From the human T2T-CHM13v2.0 reference genome, Homo sapiens: a DNA stretch of 64,000 bases. The DNA is taken from the NCBI RefSeq assembly GCF_009914755.1, contig NC_060934.1; one strand, written 5' to 3'. The notes beneath the pieces were generated by a model. That model saw nothing but the letters and a program-made list of their open reading frames with translations. It was not told the DNA's origin and searched no databases. Shown one piece after another: positions 12,901-25,170 of the stretch; within the stretch, counting starts at the first letter, position 1; each line of letters opens with the position of its first letter. The position numbers and the translations under genes are program-made.

Positions 12901-14254
12901 CACACCCAGCAGAAGTCTCCAGAGGCTGTGCTCTCACCCACTGGGCTGTACTTCTCAGAAGGGCTTGAATGTGAGTCTAGGTTTTCTGCTCTGTCCTAAG
13001 CTCTATTCTGTACCTCACCTCCTTTTATAAGTTTATAGCTCAAGACATAGGCTCAGAACACATAAAGCTCTGCGTCAACTTAACCACGGGCAAAAAGTTT
13101 TTTTGAATGTAGCAAAAGGGGAACTTTGTGTCTTTGTGTCTTTCCTAGGGGAACCCTGGAGCCCCACGGCAGATGTCACAGATTGGCTTGCTCACCTCTG
13201 TCTTAGTCTCCTGGAGGCAGTGAGGCCCTGCAGCTAGCACCTGGGATAACAGCATCCATCTAATCTCCAGGTCATAGCAGAAATAATGCAGTTCTTGGAA
13301 ACAGCAGTTGGGTCCCCCAGCTTTCTGATTATGGTGGAGGGAGCAGCTTCTCTGGCAAGAAACTTTGGCAGTGACATTCTGGGACTCTTTCCTCGAAGCT
13401 GAGCCTGCAGCCTCCTCCCCCAGCCCTTCCATGGGGTCATAATCCCCTAATTCCCTGCATTAAATCCCTTTCTGGTGAAGCCAGCCAGAGTGGTGTCTAT
13501 GATCTGCTGCTGCACGTGGACTGATATGTGGCCCAATGAGGGAAAAGAAGGAGGACCATTGGAGGACATTCCTCTCCAGGGGCAGGTCGCTAGGCAGGAA
13601 CCTGGGATCCTGGGAAAAGCATGGGATCCTATCAGTTTTTTCCTCTTGAGATCCACAAAGGTATATAGGAAAGGATGTGGAGATAGCCATGGGTGATCGG
13701 GGTTTCTAATCGCAACTCTTCTCATCACTTGATGCATGCACATTGGCCATCCTGTGCCCCTTCCTTAGACTCAGGCATCCCCAACAGTCCCACTCTCATC
13801 TCTGACATTCTGTGGCATCGAGTCTCCAGTTACCAAGGGAGCTTTTTGGTAGTGGAGAAGCAGGCTGAGATTTAGAGTAGACCCCTCTTTAAATGTCACC
13901 GTGCAGTGCTTTCCTGTTTAAAGGGAGATTGACAGCCACAAGCAACCTAATGAGATTGCTGCTCTGCCCCTTCTCTTAGCAGATAGAGAATCTCGCAGGC
14001 TGGAAAGCAAGAGGTGCCTTGGGGAAAGGAGGCAGGAGCAAGTGGCGCCATTTACCAACTAGTCCCAGGTCTGCACCCGACAGGAGGCAATTATTCACGC
14101 CAATGCTTCTGAAGAAAGTGGCACTTGAGCTGGGGGGCCCTAGTGAAGCTTGCTGCTGGCTCCCCAGGACCACCTCCCCTTATCTCTGGCCCACCGTGGC
14201 TCTGAGAGAAAGACCAGTGGAAAGAGTGGCTGCTGGAAGGGTAGAAAGATCTCA

Positions 14255-14370
14255 GGACTGGGGCAGGGACCTGGTTCTAGTCTTTGCTCTGCCGCTGGCT
14301 TGTTGTGTGATCTGGGGCAGCCCATTCATCTCTATGGGCCTGTGTTACCTTTACAAAGTAAGGAAAATGG
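14255..14370 (+). mobile_element. MIR
   Basis: GACCTGGTTCTAGTC...TGTGTGATCTGGGGCAG. Confidence 0.55.
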
Positions 14371-14375
14371 GTAAA

Positions 14376-14480
14376 GGGCAGGGCCTATCTGCTTTGTTTA
14401 ACCCTTTATTCCCAGCATCTGGAAGAGTGCCTGGCACACAGCAAGTCTTCAATCAGTGTTATTAGTGGAAAGAATGAAAT
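14376..14480 (+). mobile_element. L2 3' end
   Basis: GGGCAGGG...GTGCCTGGCACACAGCAAG...GAATGAA. Confidence 0.65.
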
Positions 14481-14489
14481 GGAATCTGC

Positions 14490-14680
14490 AGCAATGGAAA
14501 GACAGGGGGATGATTTTAAGCACAAAGGAAGGCCAAGTTCTGTCAGTTGCTTTAGATAAACCACTGTGGCTACCATGTGGAGGACAAGATTGAGACGACT
14601 AGAACCAGGACAACTAGTAAGGAAGCTCCTGCAGGAAGATCTGTTTAAAACAAGACAGTGAGCTGAGTGCTATAGGATTT
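14490..14680 (-). mobile_element. L2 fragment
   Basis: GATTTTAAGCA...CCACTGTGGCT...TAAGGAAGCT antisense L2. Confidence 0.45.
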
Positions 14681-14719
14681 GCAGGCTAGGGTTTACACCT
14701 TGCAAATACTTTTGCATAC

Positions 14720-14890
14720 TTTGGCACATACACACACATTACCTGATGCCATCTTTACAAAGGCCTGGAGAAGGAGACAGGGCAGGGATTGGTACTCGGC
14801 TTTTCCAGACACGGAAATTAAGATCCAGAGTCGTAGAGTGCCTTGTGCAAGCATGAAGCTGAAAAGTGGCAGACTCAAGACTCAGATTGG
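14720..14890 (-). mobile_element. MIR
   Basis: Degenerate antisense core CCAGACACGGAAATTAAGATCCAGAG. Confidence 0.45.
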
Positions 14891-14904
14891 GACGTGAGAA
14901 GACA

Positions 14905-15676
14905 CTGAACATCACTAGTCACCAGGGAAATGCAAGTCAAAACCACAATGAAACACTCCCCATAGAATGACTCAAATTAAAAATACTGACTATGTCACAT
15001 ATTGGCAAGAATGTGTAGGAAATGGAGCTCTCATACACTGCTTGTGGGGATGTAGAATGGTACAACCACTTTGGAAAACAGACTGGCAGTTTCTTATAGG
15101 TTTAAACATCCATGTACCATGTGATCCAGAAATTCCACTCTGTATATTTACTCAAGAAAAATTAAAATGTGTGTTCACACAAAGCCTTGTTTGTAAATGT
15201 TCATATAGCCACTTTATTTTTAAAAATCCAAAAAGCTATAAACAACCAGATTGTCTATCAACAGGTGAATTAATAAACAAATTGTAGTATGGCTGCACAA
15301 TATAATATTACTCAGCAATGAAAAAGAGTGCATAACTGATACAGTCCACAAGGAGGAATCTCAGAAACAGAATTCTGAGCCTAAGAAACCAGGCCCCAAA
15401 GACTAGAAGCAATATCATATAATTCCATGTACACGAAACTAGAAAAGTCCAATCTAATCCATAGTGACAGAAAGCAGAATGTGGTTGTCTGGGCCAGAGG
15501 TGGAGAGAGAGATTGAATGCAAGGGGGAAGGAGGGAGCTTCGGGGAGAGGGGTGCAGGAAATGTTCTGAATTCTAATTTTAGTGGGAGATGCATAGGTGT
15601 TTACATTTATCCGAGCTTGTCAAAGTATGCTTTCCGTGGTTCATTATATTAAAATTATAAAAGTTGACTTAAGAAA
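14905..15676 (+). mobile_element. L1ME/L1MB 3' portion
   Basis: CAGGGAAATGCAAGTCAAAACCACAATGA...CCACTTTGGAAAACAG...3'UTR to AAAGTTGACTT. Confidence 0.85.
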
Positions 15677-16569
15677 GCAGCTGACTCCTCCTCCAGGGCC
15701 TTTGTGGCTTATCCTGGTTCCCTCAGAACCAGGAAGATGCACAAGGCCCATGGCCACTCACCTAACCAGGGCCAGAGAGCCTGACCCAGAGCACCTGCAG
15801 GGCTCTCCCTGAGGGTGAGAACTGCTGAGCCAGGGGGCATCAAGGCTACTTCCTTAGCCTGTTCCTCTTTACACTTCCACATCCACATGTCAACCTTGGT
15901 GAGGAGGCCTTGCAGAATGGAACAGCTGTGCCATCTCCTCAGAGACAGCACTCTGGCTCCAGGCTCAGAGATGGCCACCTATCCCCGAAATAACCTGGTG
16001 GTATTAGGGGTGGCTGGCCTTTGCTCCAGGAAGGCCCCATCAACACAGAAACAGGCAACATAGACCACCGCCTCCATTAACCTTGGCTCCTAAAGGCTTG
16101 AGGCCAGAGGTCCAAAGTCAGGCCTGGGGTCTGTTGTCCTTGTAAAACTCAGAAAGTGTACCCTGAGGCACCAGCCTTTGGGAATTCTGGGCATCCTTCC
16201 CTCTCTCCTGCCTCAGGTAAATGCCCTTGCGAGGAAAGTTGCAGTTACCAACATTCACACTTAGAAGTGCTTGGTATCTGAAAGAAAATGCTCCATACTC
16301 AATGGGAAGGAAAGTTCCAGGAAGAAAGGAGAGAGCATCAGAGCACCCACTGGTGCGGAGTGAGGTCACTGAGGTAGAAAAAGGCTCAGGTATGGGCTGG
16401 CACTGAGGTTTGAGGTGAGGCCAGGGCCTTTTGGTAGGCTGCCTGGATTTTGCAGCTCCTCTGCGTAAAACTTCTCTGCATCCTTTGACCTGTGCCTGGA
16501 GGACAGAAGTGTCTCCCCTCCTCCAGGGTCTAAGGCTTGTCAGGATCTAGCTGCAGCTGCCCTCTGCCA

Positions 16570-16900
16570 CTCTTGTTCACATTGCCTTTGCTCTTTCCTG
16601 CCTCTGTGCCTCAGCCCATGCTGTTCCTTCCAACTGGGATACCCTTCCCTCATTTCTCCATGTGGCAGTTCTAATTTACATTCCAGTCTCCACTCCAGAG
16701 ACTTCTGAGAAGCCTTCCCTGATCCTCCCGGCAGAATTAATTGTTCCCTCCTCTGTGCTCAGAGAACACTTGGCTTGCTCTGCCATTTATTTCTGGGTTT
16801 GTTTTCATGACAACCTCCTTTCACGAGGGCAGACCCTGTGTCTTTTTAAGTTCTTATCCTGAGCACTTGTACAGACTGGACACCGAGGCAATGCCTGTAG
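16570..16900 (+). mobile_element. L2 fragment
   Basis: CATGCTGTTCCTTCC...GAAGCCTTCCCTGATC...GAGGGCAGA. Confidence 0.6.
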
Positions 16901-17454
16901 AGGCAATGAGTGCCCTCCGTCTTATGTGGACATCTCTGTGGACACCAGCGTGCTAGGCAGACAGGCCCTGCCTGCATGTGGGCAACTGAACCCTAGCCCT
17001 GGGGCAGGACCCTGGGGCTTAGTTCTATAAGCCAGACTGCACAGCCAAAAAAGGGCAGTCTTGGAAGCAGGAATCCGCTCTGCTAAGCCTCTGATATTTA
17101 CCAGACTGACAGTTTCCCAGCCAAAGCAGCCCAGAGACAGGGAATAGCTGGAGAAAGTGGGTCATCTTGACTCTTATTCAAGGCACCAGGGGAGCCCTGG
17201 GGTTTAGCCGTGGCAGCGATGGAGACTGATCCTGTCATTTGCTTGCATCCAAATGAAAGGGATTAGTGGCTGCACCAATATACTAATTTTCTATGCAACA
17301 CAGGGCAAGGGCAGCCAGTGGAGATTTAAAAACTCTGTGTGTGTACATGCATGTATGTGCATACATGTATGTATATTATAAATACATATATACTATCTAT
17401 GCCCACATCACATGTACAATGTTCAAGTGAAAATATCTACATGTATCTGACAGG

Positions 17455-17630
17455 ATGGAGAAAAGGCTTTAAGAGCTTTAGAGCTGGAAGTCTCCAGTTT
17501 GAGTCCCAGCATTGACTCAGGACCCCTACCCTCCATGAGCCTCAGTTTCTTCATCTGGAACGCAGACATGGTGACTGTCCTCACTGGAAGGCTGTACAGA
17601 CCAAAGTGTCAGTGAGTGTGACAGTGAAGG
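17455..17630 (+). mobile_element. MIR
   Basis: TTTGAGTCCCAGC...TGAGCCTCAGTTTCTTCATCTG. Confidence 0.6.
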
Positions 17631-18479
17631 GACCTGCTATAGGCATCCACGGTGATCTTCAGAAGCAGTTTCTGCTTCCAAGTTGGATTTCCTGGCATAG
17701 ATCACATTCAGGTCTCAGCTCATGCTCAAGGTCCACTTGCAAATCACACAACTCCAACCCCAAAAGGGAGCCAGGAGTGACATTACCCCTGAAGGTGACA
17801 GATGCACCTGTGCATCACAGAGCTAGCTCTAGCATATTCTGTGACCTTGGGCAACAATCTTCCCCCATCTTGTCCTCAGTTTCCCCACTTGTACAATGAT
17901 AGCTTTGGCTACCTCTTCATTCTTCATATCTTAGAGCCCTTTTGGAGCAGGGAGGGAGGTAAAGCTCTGGGTGCATGCCTGGGCAAGGATAGACATAGCA
18001 GGGCAGGCTCAGTGGACAGGGGAATGGCCCCAAAGCTGGGACAAAGTCAGATTGCCAAAGGCACCACTTTTATTTCATCCTTCGCTAATATTCTGTTCTT
18101 TGGCCTCACAGCCACCACCTCCTCCTCCCAGTCACAGAAGAAGCAACTTTAAAATTAGGTTTTCCTCTTAACTTAGAAACTAAGCCCCATTGTGTGGTCC
18201 ATGACAACCTCCTTTATGAATGAAACCAGCTCATAATGAGGCCCTTTCCCAGCATCAAGAGCCAAGCCCACGCCCTCCCTTTTCTGCTTGGCCAACGGCA
18301 ATGGCAGCAGAGCCTCTTTATTCATTTCTCCTGCTCCATGGAAGGGAGGGGGAGAGGGAAATGATCATTTTCCCATTTCACAGATGGACAAGGGCCTCCC
18401 CGCCACAGCCCTATGGCTCCCAGCATTTGAGGGCTACCCATTACCTCTGCCTTACAAAGTCCTTACTGCATGATGGGAC

Positions 18480-18845
18480 TTCAGTCCCCTTTCCCGTGTC
18501 ATCCTCTGCCATACCCCCTTGCTCCTCTGCACCTAGATGGGAGAAAATGTCCATGCTTCCCAGGCAGATTCTTCTTTATGGCCTATAAAACTCCTCTAAC
18601 TAATTCTAGGCTCAGCTTCAACATTGCCTCTCCAGTGTGCGTAAGTGGCTCCACCTCTGTCCTGGCCCTACCCCTTGGATACCATTTACAGGGCACATCT
18701 AACTATGTAGTTGCTCATTTAACTCTCTCCTGCCCTGCATGTGGGAGCTCTGTCAGAGCAGGGCCCCTGCCTCATCCCTCCTCATCCCCCAGCCCCAGCA
18801 CACACTCTGGACTTAGAAAAGCCCCAAAGAATGTTTGTTGATGAG
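18480..18845 (+). mobile_element. L2 fragment with 3' end
   Basis: GGCTCAGCTTCAACATTGCCTC...TGTGGGAGCTC...AATGTTTGTTGATG. Confidence 0.55.
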
Positions 18846-19038
18846 AGAGTCCTTATGGTATCAGTGAGAACTGAATACTGTGGGGCTTCCCGTGTCCCAG
18901 GAGCAAGTGCAGGGGCCTGGCTTCATTCTTTGAGGATGTCTTTAAAGAGTCCATAGATCTATGTTGCCCCCAACTCCAAAGTTGAACCTATTTCCAGACA
19001 CCCTCCTGAATCTCTCTTGATTGGGACAGGATGGGATC

Positions 19039-19400
19039 TGTCCTAGTCTGTTCAGGTTACTATAACAAAGTACTATAGACTGGGTGGCTTATAGACAACA
19101 GAAAGTTATTACTCACAGTTCTGGAGGCTGGAAGTTCAAGATCAAGGTGGTGGCAGGTGTGATGTCTGATGACAGCCCACTTTCTTGTTCATACATTCAT
19201 AGATAGCGCCTTGTAGCTATGACCTCACATGGCAGAAGGTGCAAACAGTTCCTTCAGGCCTCTCTTATGGTTGCATTCATGAGGGCTCCACTCTCATGAC
19301 CTAGTCACTTTCCAAAGGCCCCACCTCCTAATACTATTGCACTGGAGATTAGGGATCGACATATAAATTTTGGGGAAACACAGACATTGAAATCGTAGTA
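19039..19400 (-). mobile_element. MLT1A-type MaLR solo LTR
   Basis: TGTCCTAGTC...CTCACAGTTCTGGAGGCTGGAAGTTCAAGATCAAGG...AAAGGCCCCACCTCCTAATAC; TSD GGATC/GGAGC. Confidence 0.88.
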
Positions 19401-19474
19401 GGAGCTCAGCTCAGTTTCATCTGGGATTCCTCTTGGGCCCCACCTCCTATCCTTTTCCTACAACTTTTAACCCA

Positions 19475-19670
19475 GAGACAGAGAGATGAAGAGAGGCCAA
19501 GAAACTGAGAGAGGGAGGGAAAAAATACAAAGAAGAGAGACATAGGATAAGACAAAGACAGAAATGAAGACACAAAGAGATGAGGGAGAAAAGGAATAGA
19601 AGGAAAGGGAGAGTGAGGAGACAGAGAAAGAAAAGGAAAGAATGCCATTCAGCAGGAGGAGAGGGAAGAG
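19475..19670. repeat. GA-rich low-complexity tract
   Basis: Purine-rich AG/AAG/AGG text. Confidence 0.6.
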
Positions 19671-20139
19671 CAGACCCCTGGGCCTGGGTGGCCTTGCAGC
19701 CGTGGAGGGGAGCCCGCCAGCCTGGCAGCCAGCGTCTGCCTCCTGCACAGGGCCCAGAAAGAGGCAGTAGCAGCTGGGCCGAGCATTTGGCTGTCTGCTG
19801 AGCCCAAGCCTCTGTGCCTGACCTTAGCCCAGCTGCTCAAATCCTCCTGCCCTCCTGCCTGCAGCTGCCCCTGCACTCCCAAGACCCAGAGGCTGGGGAG
19901 TGGAGAGTGGAGCCCGCCCTCTTGGTCAGCTCTGTCAGAGAGGCAGGAGCCCCATCACATGCCACCAGCGGGGCCCAGCCAGAAACCCATTTTATTTGGC
20001 TTGGAGATGAGACATGTGTTTTTTGTGACAGTGGATCTCCTTTCTAGTTAGAAACTTACTACGAGTAAGTTTTGAAATCAGCCTCATTTCTTGAACTCAG
20101 CATACAGGAAGAACAGTGCCTCGCGTTGGTGTGGTGCTT

Positions 20140-20330
20140 TTCAGGTTTCAAGACACCTCCGCTGGTGCTATTTCTTAGATGCACTTTCCATAACATCTCC
20201 ACCTAGTGGGTATCACCCCAGCAACGAGTGGGATCCTGGGAGGGTAAGAGACTTATCCAGGCACAGTCAGCCTCTAAGTGGCAGAGCCAGGACCTACATC
20301 CAGACTTGGAAGTGCTGAGTTTCACCTACA
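20140..20330 (-). mobile_element. MIR
   Basis: GAGGGTAAGAGACTTATCCAGG...AAGTGGCAGAGCCAGGA. Confidence 0.55.
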
Positions 20331-21497
20331 CTGCCACCCTGACTCTGTGGTCCAGCCCTGGCTGGTTAGTTGGGGGCAAGCTGTAGGTGGGCTGCAGGAA
20401 TAAGGGTGGAAGGTGTCCGGCTGGGGTATAAGGTCAGCGTCCTTTTGCTCCTATTTTATGGAGACCACAGTCATAAATTTAGGGATGCAGGGTGAGTCAG
20501 CCCACATAATGTTTAAAGCAATGAAGATCTTTTCAAATTTTTTCCCCTGAAGGCCTAGCCATTCTTCGTGCTTTACTGCTCTTAATTGGGATCAGAGCCC
20601 AGAAGCTTGCTGGGTGGCTGGGGAAAGATAGAGCCCAGGGACCTAAAACATGGTCAGAAATAATCGACATGTAATGAGATCAGGGAAACATTTCCTCAAG
20701 TTCCTCTCAGGACAAAAGCTGAGCTCTCCATGGGTCTGAGTGGAGGTGGAATGACCCAACAGGAGGAACAGGGAGGGGATTTGCAGGATGGGACCAGGAA
20801 GGAGAAGAAGGAGGGGATGGAAGAACCAGAGCTTGGGGTGTTTGTTGGACTGTGAGGTTAGTGACGTGACCCTGTCCTTCCCACAGTGGCCTCAGCACAG
20901 TTACATTTATGACATGTGAGCTTCTGGGGGCATCAGATTGGTCTGGGGATGTTTGCATGATTCTTCTGGGAAAAAGTCAAGGCCGGGGATCTCTGGAGGA
21001 TTACATGTCTTGGAGTTGGGGGTTACAGCCAAGTGTGCCTGAATACTCAGGGCCCAAAAGCCCTGGCTGACATCTGGCTTATTGATACATGAAAAATATG
21101 GGCAGGATGCAGAGCTGGAGGCAACTGGGAATGTACTGGAGGTGAATGAATCAGGATCCAAGAGAGCCTGCCAGGCTGAAGTAGGGCTAAGTTTGTTATG
21201 TTGAAATTTACTTGGTGCAGGTCAAGATAGCTCATGAGGCTGACACAAGATCATCCCTCCCTTTCCAGGCGCCTCTAAATACCTGATGAAGAAAAAGCAA
21301 GGGAAGGAGGAGAGGAAGAGGGAGAGAGGGTTGAAGCCACACAGGCAATGAGGCACCAGAGCAGTATGTGTCTTAGGAGCTGGGTGGGAGTGGGAGTTGG
21401 GAAGGTCTCTGGCCCTGCAACTGGGCTCCCCAGAGAGAGCTGGCAGCCAAGGAAGGACTTAAGGTCATCCACGTTTGGAAGCCAGAGCCTCTCTGCC

Positions 21498-22195
21498 TGT
21501 GGGAGATGGAATGATTGGCTCCAATTATTTAGCCCTCTCTGCATCGACATGCCTGCCATGGCCTCATCGTGGGTGGAATATTTTTCCATGCCCCTTCACT
21601 TTGGGCTCAGCTGTGTAACTGGCTTTGGACAACATGCCAGATGCCTGAAGAAAGATCCAGAAAGATGGTCAGAGCCTGGAGCCAGGCTAAATCTGTAAGG
21701 AAGAAGTCTAATTGGGACTGGAGACTTCTGGCCAACATGGTGGACAAAGCTAACCTGTGGTGGGCGGTGGCAGTGAGCCCATTCGAGGCTGGGTCTCTCT
21801 TGGGCCCACTTGCTCTCTCGAGTCTCTGCCAACATCTTGAAAGGCACATGCCTGGCTAGCCTGCTGGTCCAAGGAGGATGAGACACAGGGAGCAGAGCTA
21901 CCCAGGCCGACCATGGATGGGTATTCAACCATCCCGGTTTTCCCAGGACCAAGGCATATCCTGGGACTTGGGACTTTCAGCACTCAAACTAAGAAAGTCC
22001 TGGGCTAACTGGGAAAAGCGGGTCACCCTACCCACACACCTGCAGTTAGTAGCATGGCTAACCCAGCTCCATAATCTAGGAGGGCCACCAAGCCACCATG
22101 GCCTAGGTTGGCCAGCACAGTGTTTATTATTGTATTCACTCAGATTTTGTGGTTGTTTGTTACACAGCAATGTTGTGGCAGTAGCCAATAGGTAC
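21498..22195 (+). mobile_element. MLT1H-like MaLR LTR (interrupted)
   Basis: TGTGGGAG start; CCCCTTCACTTTGGGCTCAGC; end GGTTGTTTGTTACACAGCAA...GCCAATAGGTAC. Confidence 0.7.
21917..22030 (+). mobile_element. MER81-like hAT-Blackjack MITE nested in the MLT1 LTR
   Basis: CAACCATCCCGGTTTTCCCAGGAC...GGGACTTTCAG...GGTCACCCTA; ~114 bp. Confidence 0.75.
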
Positions 22196-22308
22196 CTTGC
22201 CCATGAGCCCAGAGTCACAGTCAGAAGTGAGCTGACTACACCGATGGATCCCAGAGCGTGGTTGAAAAATAAATAAATAAAATTCACTTCTTAATAGATG
22301 TAGTAAAC

Positions 22309-22493
22309 CAGTGGCTCTCCATCCTAATGGCATATTAGAATTGCCTGGGAAGCATAAAAAAAAGACCTGACACCCACAAAATAGACTCCCCAGAGAGTCT
22401 TTTCAAGTCTTCTGGAAAGGGGTCTTGGAATCAGAGATTGTATCAAAAGTACACTGGGTGATACTAATGTGCAGGCAGATTTGAAAGCTGATG
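22309..22493. mobile_element. MER5B-like hAT MITE
   Basis: CAGTGGCTCTC...TTAGAATTGCCTGGG...GGTGATACTAATGTGCAG. Confidence 0.55.
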
Positions 22494-22803
22494 GGTTAAA
22501 TAGTAGGTGAGACACAGCTGAAAGAACAGTGATGTTTAATTTGGCAAATGTAAGTGTCAACACCTGACTCAACACATACCAACTGCCCCCAACCCAGGCT
22601 GGGAGATGCAGTGTGGGAACAGTTCCCGTGAAGACAACTCTGAGATCTGGGTGGACCCAGGATCCTTTGTGTGGTCAGGGTTCTGCAGCTCTAAAGAATG
22701 CTTAGGAGAGAGAGGTGAGAGTCCTGCCCTGCATTCCTGAGAGAGAGCTGCATTCTGGAACCTCTACTCTAAGAGCTACGTGGACAGTGGGAGGTGTCTA
22801 GGC

Positions 22804-23277
22804 CAGTGCTTCCCACACTTCATGTGGCCAGGAAACATTTGGGGATCTTGTTTTTGTTGTTGTTGTTGTTGTTGTTTTTGTTTGTTTGTTTGTTTTAGAG
22901 ATAGGGTCTCACTCTGTAGCCCAGGCTGGAGTACAGTGGCACAATCATGGCTCACATTGCAACCTTAACCTCCTCAGCCTCTTGAGTAGCTGGGACTACA
23001 GGTACATGCCATCATACTCTGCTAATTTTAAAATTTTTTTGTGGTGACTACATCTTGCTGTGTTGCCCAGGCTAGTCTTGAATTCTTGGCCTTTTAAGCA
23101 ATCCTCCTGCCTCAGCCTCCCAAAGCCCTGGGATTACAGGCATGAGCACCACACTGGGCCTGGGGATCTTAAGATGTAGATAATGATTCAGGAGGTCTGG
23201 GGCAGGCCTGATACGCTGCATTTCTACATGATCGCAGGTGATATCCATGCTGCCAGAGCATTCTTTGAGCAGCAAGG
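22804..23277. mobile_element. MER5A1-like MITE split by an AluJ
   Basis: CAGTGCTTCCCACACTT...GGGGATCTT [Alu] ...CTTTGAGCAGCAAGG. Confidence 0.65.
22850..23160 (-). mobile_element. AluJ with (TTG)n/(TTTG)n tail
   Basis: Antisense Alu; exact TSD TGGGGATCTT at 22840-22849 and 23161-23170. Confidence 0.92.
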
Positions 23278-23419
23278 GGGCTGGAGGTGAGGAGATGGGA
23301 CACTGAGTTCCGTGAAGAAAGCTGATAGCCTTGGACTGTTCATGCCCAGATGGAGAAGATTCACAGGGGGCCTCCCATTCTAGAAGGGCTGTCAAGGTGT
23401 AGAGGGGTTTAACATGGTC

Positions 23420-23635
23420 CAAAGGGCAGATCTGGAGCAGAGAGGGGACATCACACTTAGATGTTGAGACAAAGCCCATGATGGAATAACCACCGTGGGA
23501 GGTAGTGAGCTGCCCATCACAGCAGGGCTTTAGCCAGAGGCTCGATGACTGCTTGGTGAGAGGGCCATGGAGAGGCCCCAAGTGGCAGCCATCTATGCAG
23601 TCTTCAAGGGCTCTTCTTGCCTCAGAGTCATTAAT
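23420..23635 (+). mobile_element. L3/CR1-type 3' end
   Basis: GAGGTAGTGAGCTGCCCATCAC...CAGAGGCTCGATGAC resembles the CR1 3' end. Confidence 0.5.
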
Positions 23636-24598
23636 TTTTGGGCGTTTTTACTTCTGGAAGAAATGATTCAGAATAAGTGGAGAACACTGGGGTTGGTGAT
23701 GCAGAGGACCCACCACAAGGCCTCCCTCCTGAGCACACAGAAAGCTCATGCCCTGCTGGACAGCCAGGCAGGCTCAGCCATGCAGGTTGGGTTCGCTCTC
23801 TGGGTTCGCTGTCTGGCTAGGACGAGCTGTGGTCTTTTCAGAATGGACATCACATTCCTGGTCAGCAGAAGCTATCTCTTTGGCTAAACCACTTAGCTCT
23901 GGACAAAGCAAGTTCCAGATTCTAGAAAAATAAAATTAATTGACATTTGTGCTCAGTGCTTATGCTGGTAGCAAGATTCTGGTCTCATGACAATCATTGC
24001 TACTGGGCAAGTCCCATCCTTCTTCAGTCCTCAGTTTTCTACTCTGTACCATGGAATTGGTGTGGACAGTCCCTCTAGCTCACTTTCTACAGCCCTATGG
24101 AAAATATCTTCAGCCGTAAAAGGCACTGTTTAGCGTTCAGACCTCAACAGAGGAGTGAAAATTTGGCTGATTCAGAGGAAACAAGAGGTCAGTGTGACCT
24201 TTCTCTGCTTCTCTATGGGAAGGAGTTTACAACCACGGTGCCAGGGGCAGGAGGCTGCAGATGCAGCCAGCCTGTGCTGGGCACTTCTGCTGCCCTGGGC
24301 TTTGAGTCAAGCAGAGCACTTTAGCCCCCGAGGGCAGGTCCATCTGGAGCTCCAGACAGCGCTCTTCCTGGCTTCTCCTGCCACCCTTTCCTCTGGTCCA
24401 GGCCCAAGCCTGCTCAGACCTCAGCAATGAGGGCCAGCAGGGAGGGGAGGCAATGTGGGTAGGGAGTGGCTGAGAGCTACAGCTCACTGTCAGGGAGGAG
24501 GGGGAGAGGGAGGGCCCAGGGCCTCCAAGCCCTATGTCCAACATGCAGAATGAAGAGCAAAGGCTTGGTGCTGACTTGGTGGCTAGGGAATCGGATGC

Positions 24599-24980
24599 TG
24601 TATTTGCAGGATGCACCGAGTCTGCTCAAGTAACCAGACTCCATAGCTTAATACAATAAAGGTTTATTTCTGGCTTACATGCCAGTCCCTGCAGGAGCTG
24701 GTAAAGGGCTCTGCTCCACGTACTGTCTCAGAGATCCAGCCTGGTGAGACCCCTCATCATCTAGTGATGCTGCCATTGCAAAAGGTGGCTTACCAAGGAA
24801 GGGGGAGAGACTGTGTTAAAAGCATGCCTGTCCTTACACGCCCTATACTCGGGTGACACAGATCACCACCAAATGGCCAATAGTCACTGACTACCAGGGG
24901 CAGGAATGTCTTCCGCATGCCTCTAAAGGAGAGGACAACTGGATTTTGTGCCACAAAGGAACACCCATAATCCCTGCCAT
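24599..24980 (-). mobile_element. Old MLT1 (J/K-like) LTR
   Basis: AGCTTAATACAATAAAGGTTTATTTCT...GGCTCTGCTCCAC. Confidence 0.6.
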
Positions 24981-24994
24981 GTAGAGAGACTTTC

Positions 24995-25170
24995 CACTGC
25001 CAGGCAGCGTGTAGAGCATCCTCTGTGAATGATCACATTTACTTCTCAGCTGGAGATTCATATCATTACACCTGTTTTCCTGATAGACAGATTAAGGCCC
25101 TGAAATGTGATTTCCTGACATCATACAGCCAGGATGTGCCAGAGATGAGATTTGAACTCCATTCTACCTT
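24995..25170 (-). mobile_element. MIR
   Basis: TGCCAGGCA...TGCCAGAGATGAGATTTGAACTC. Confidence 0.5.
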
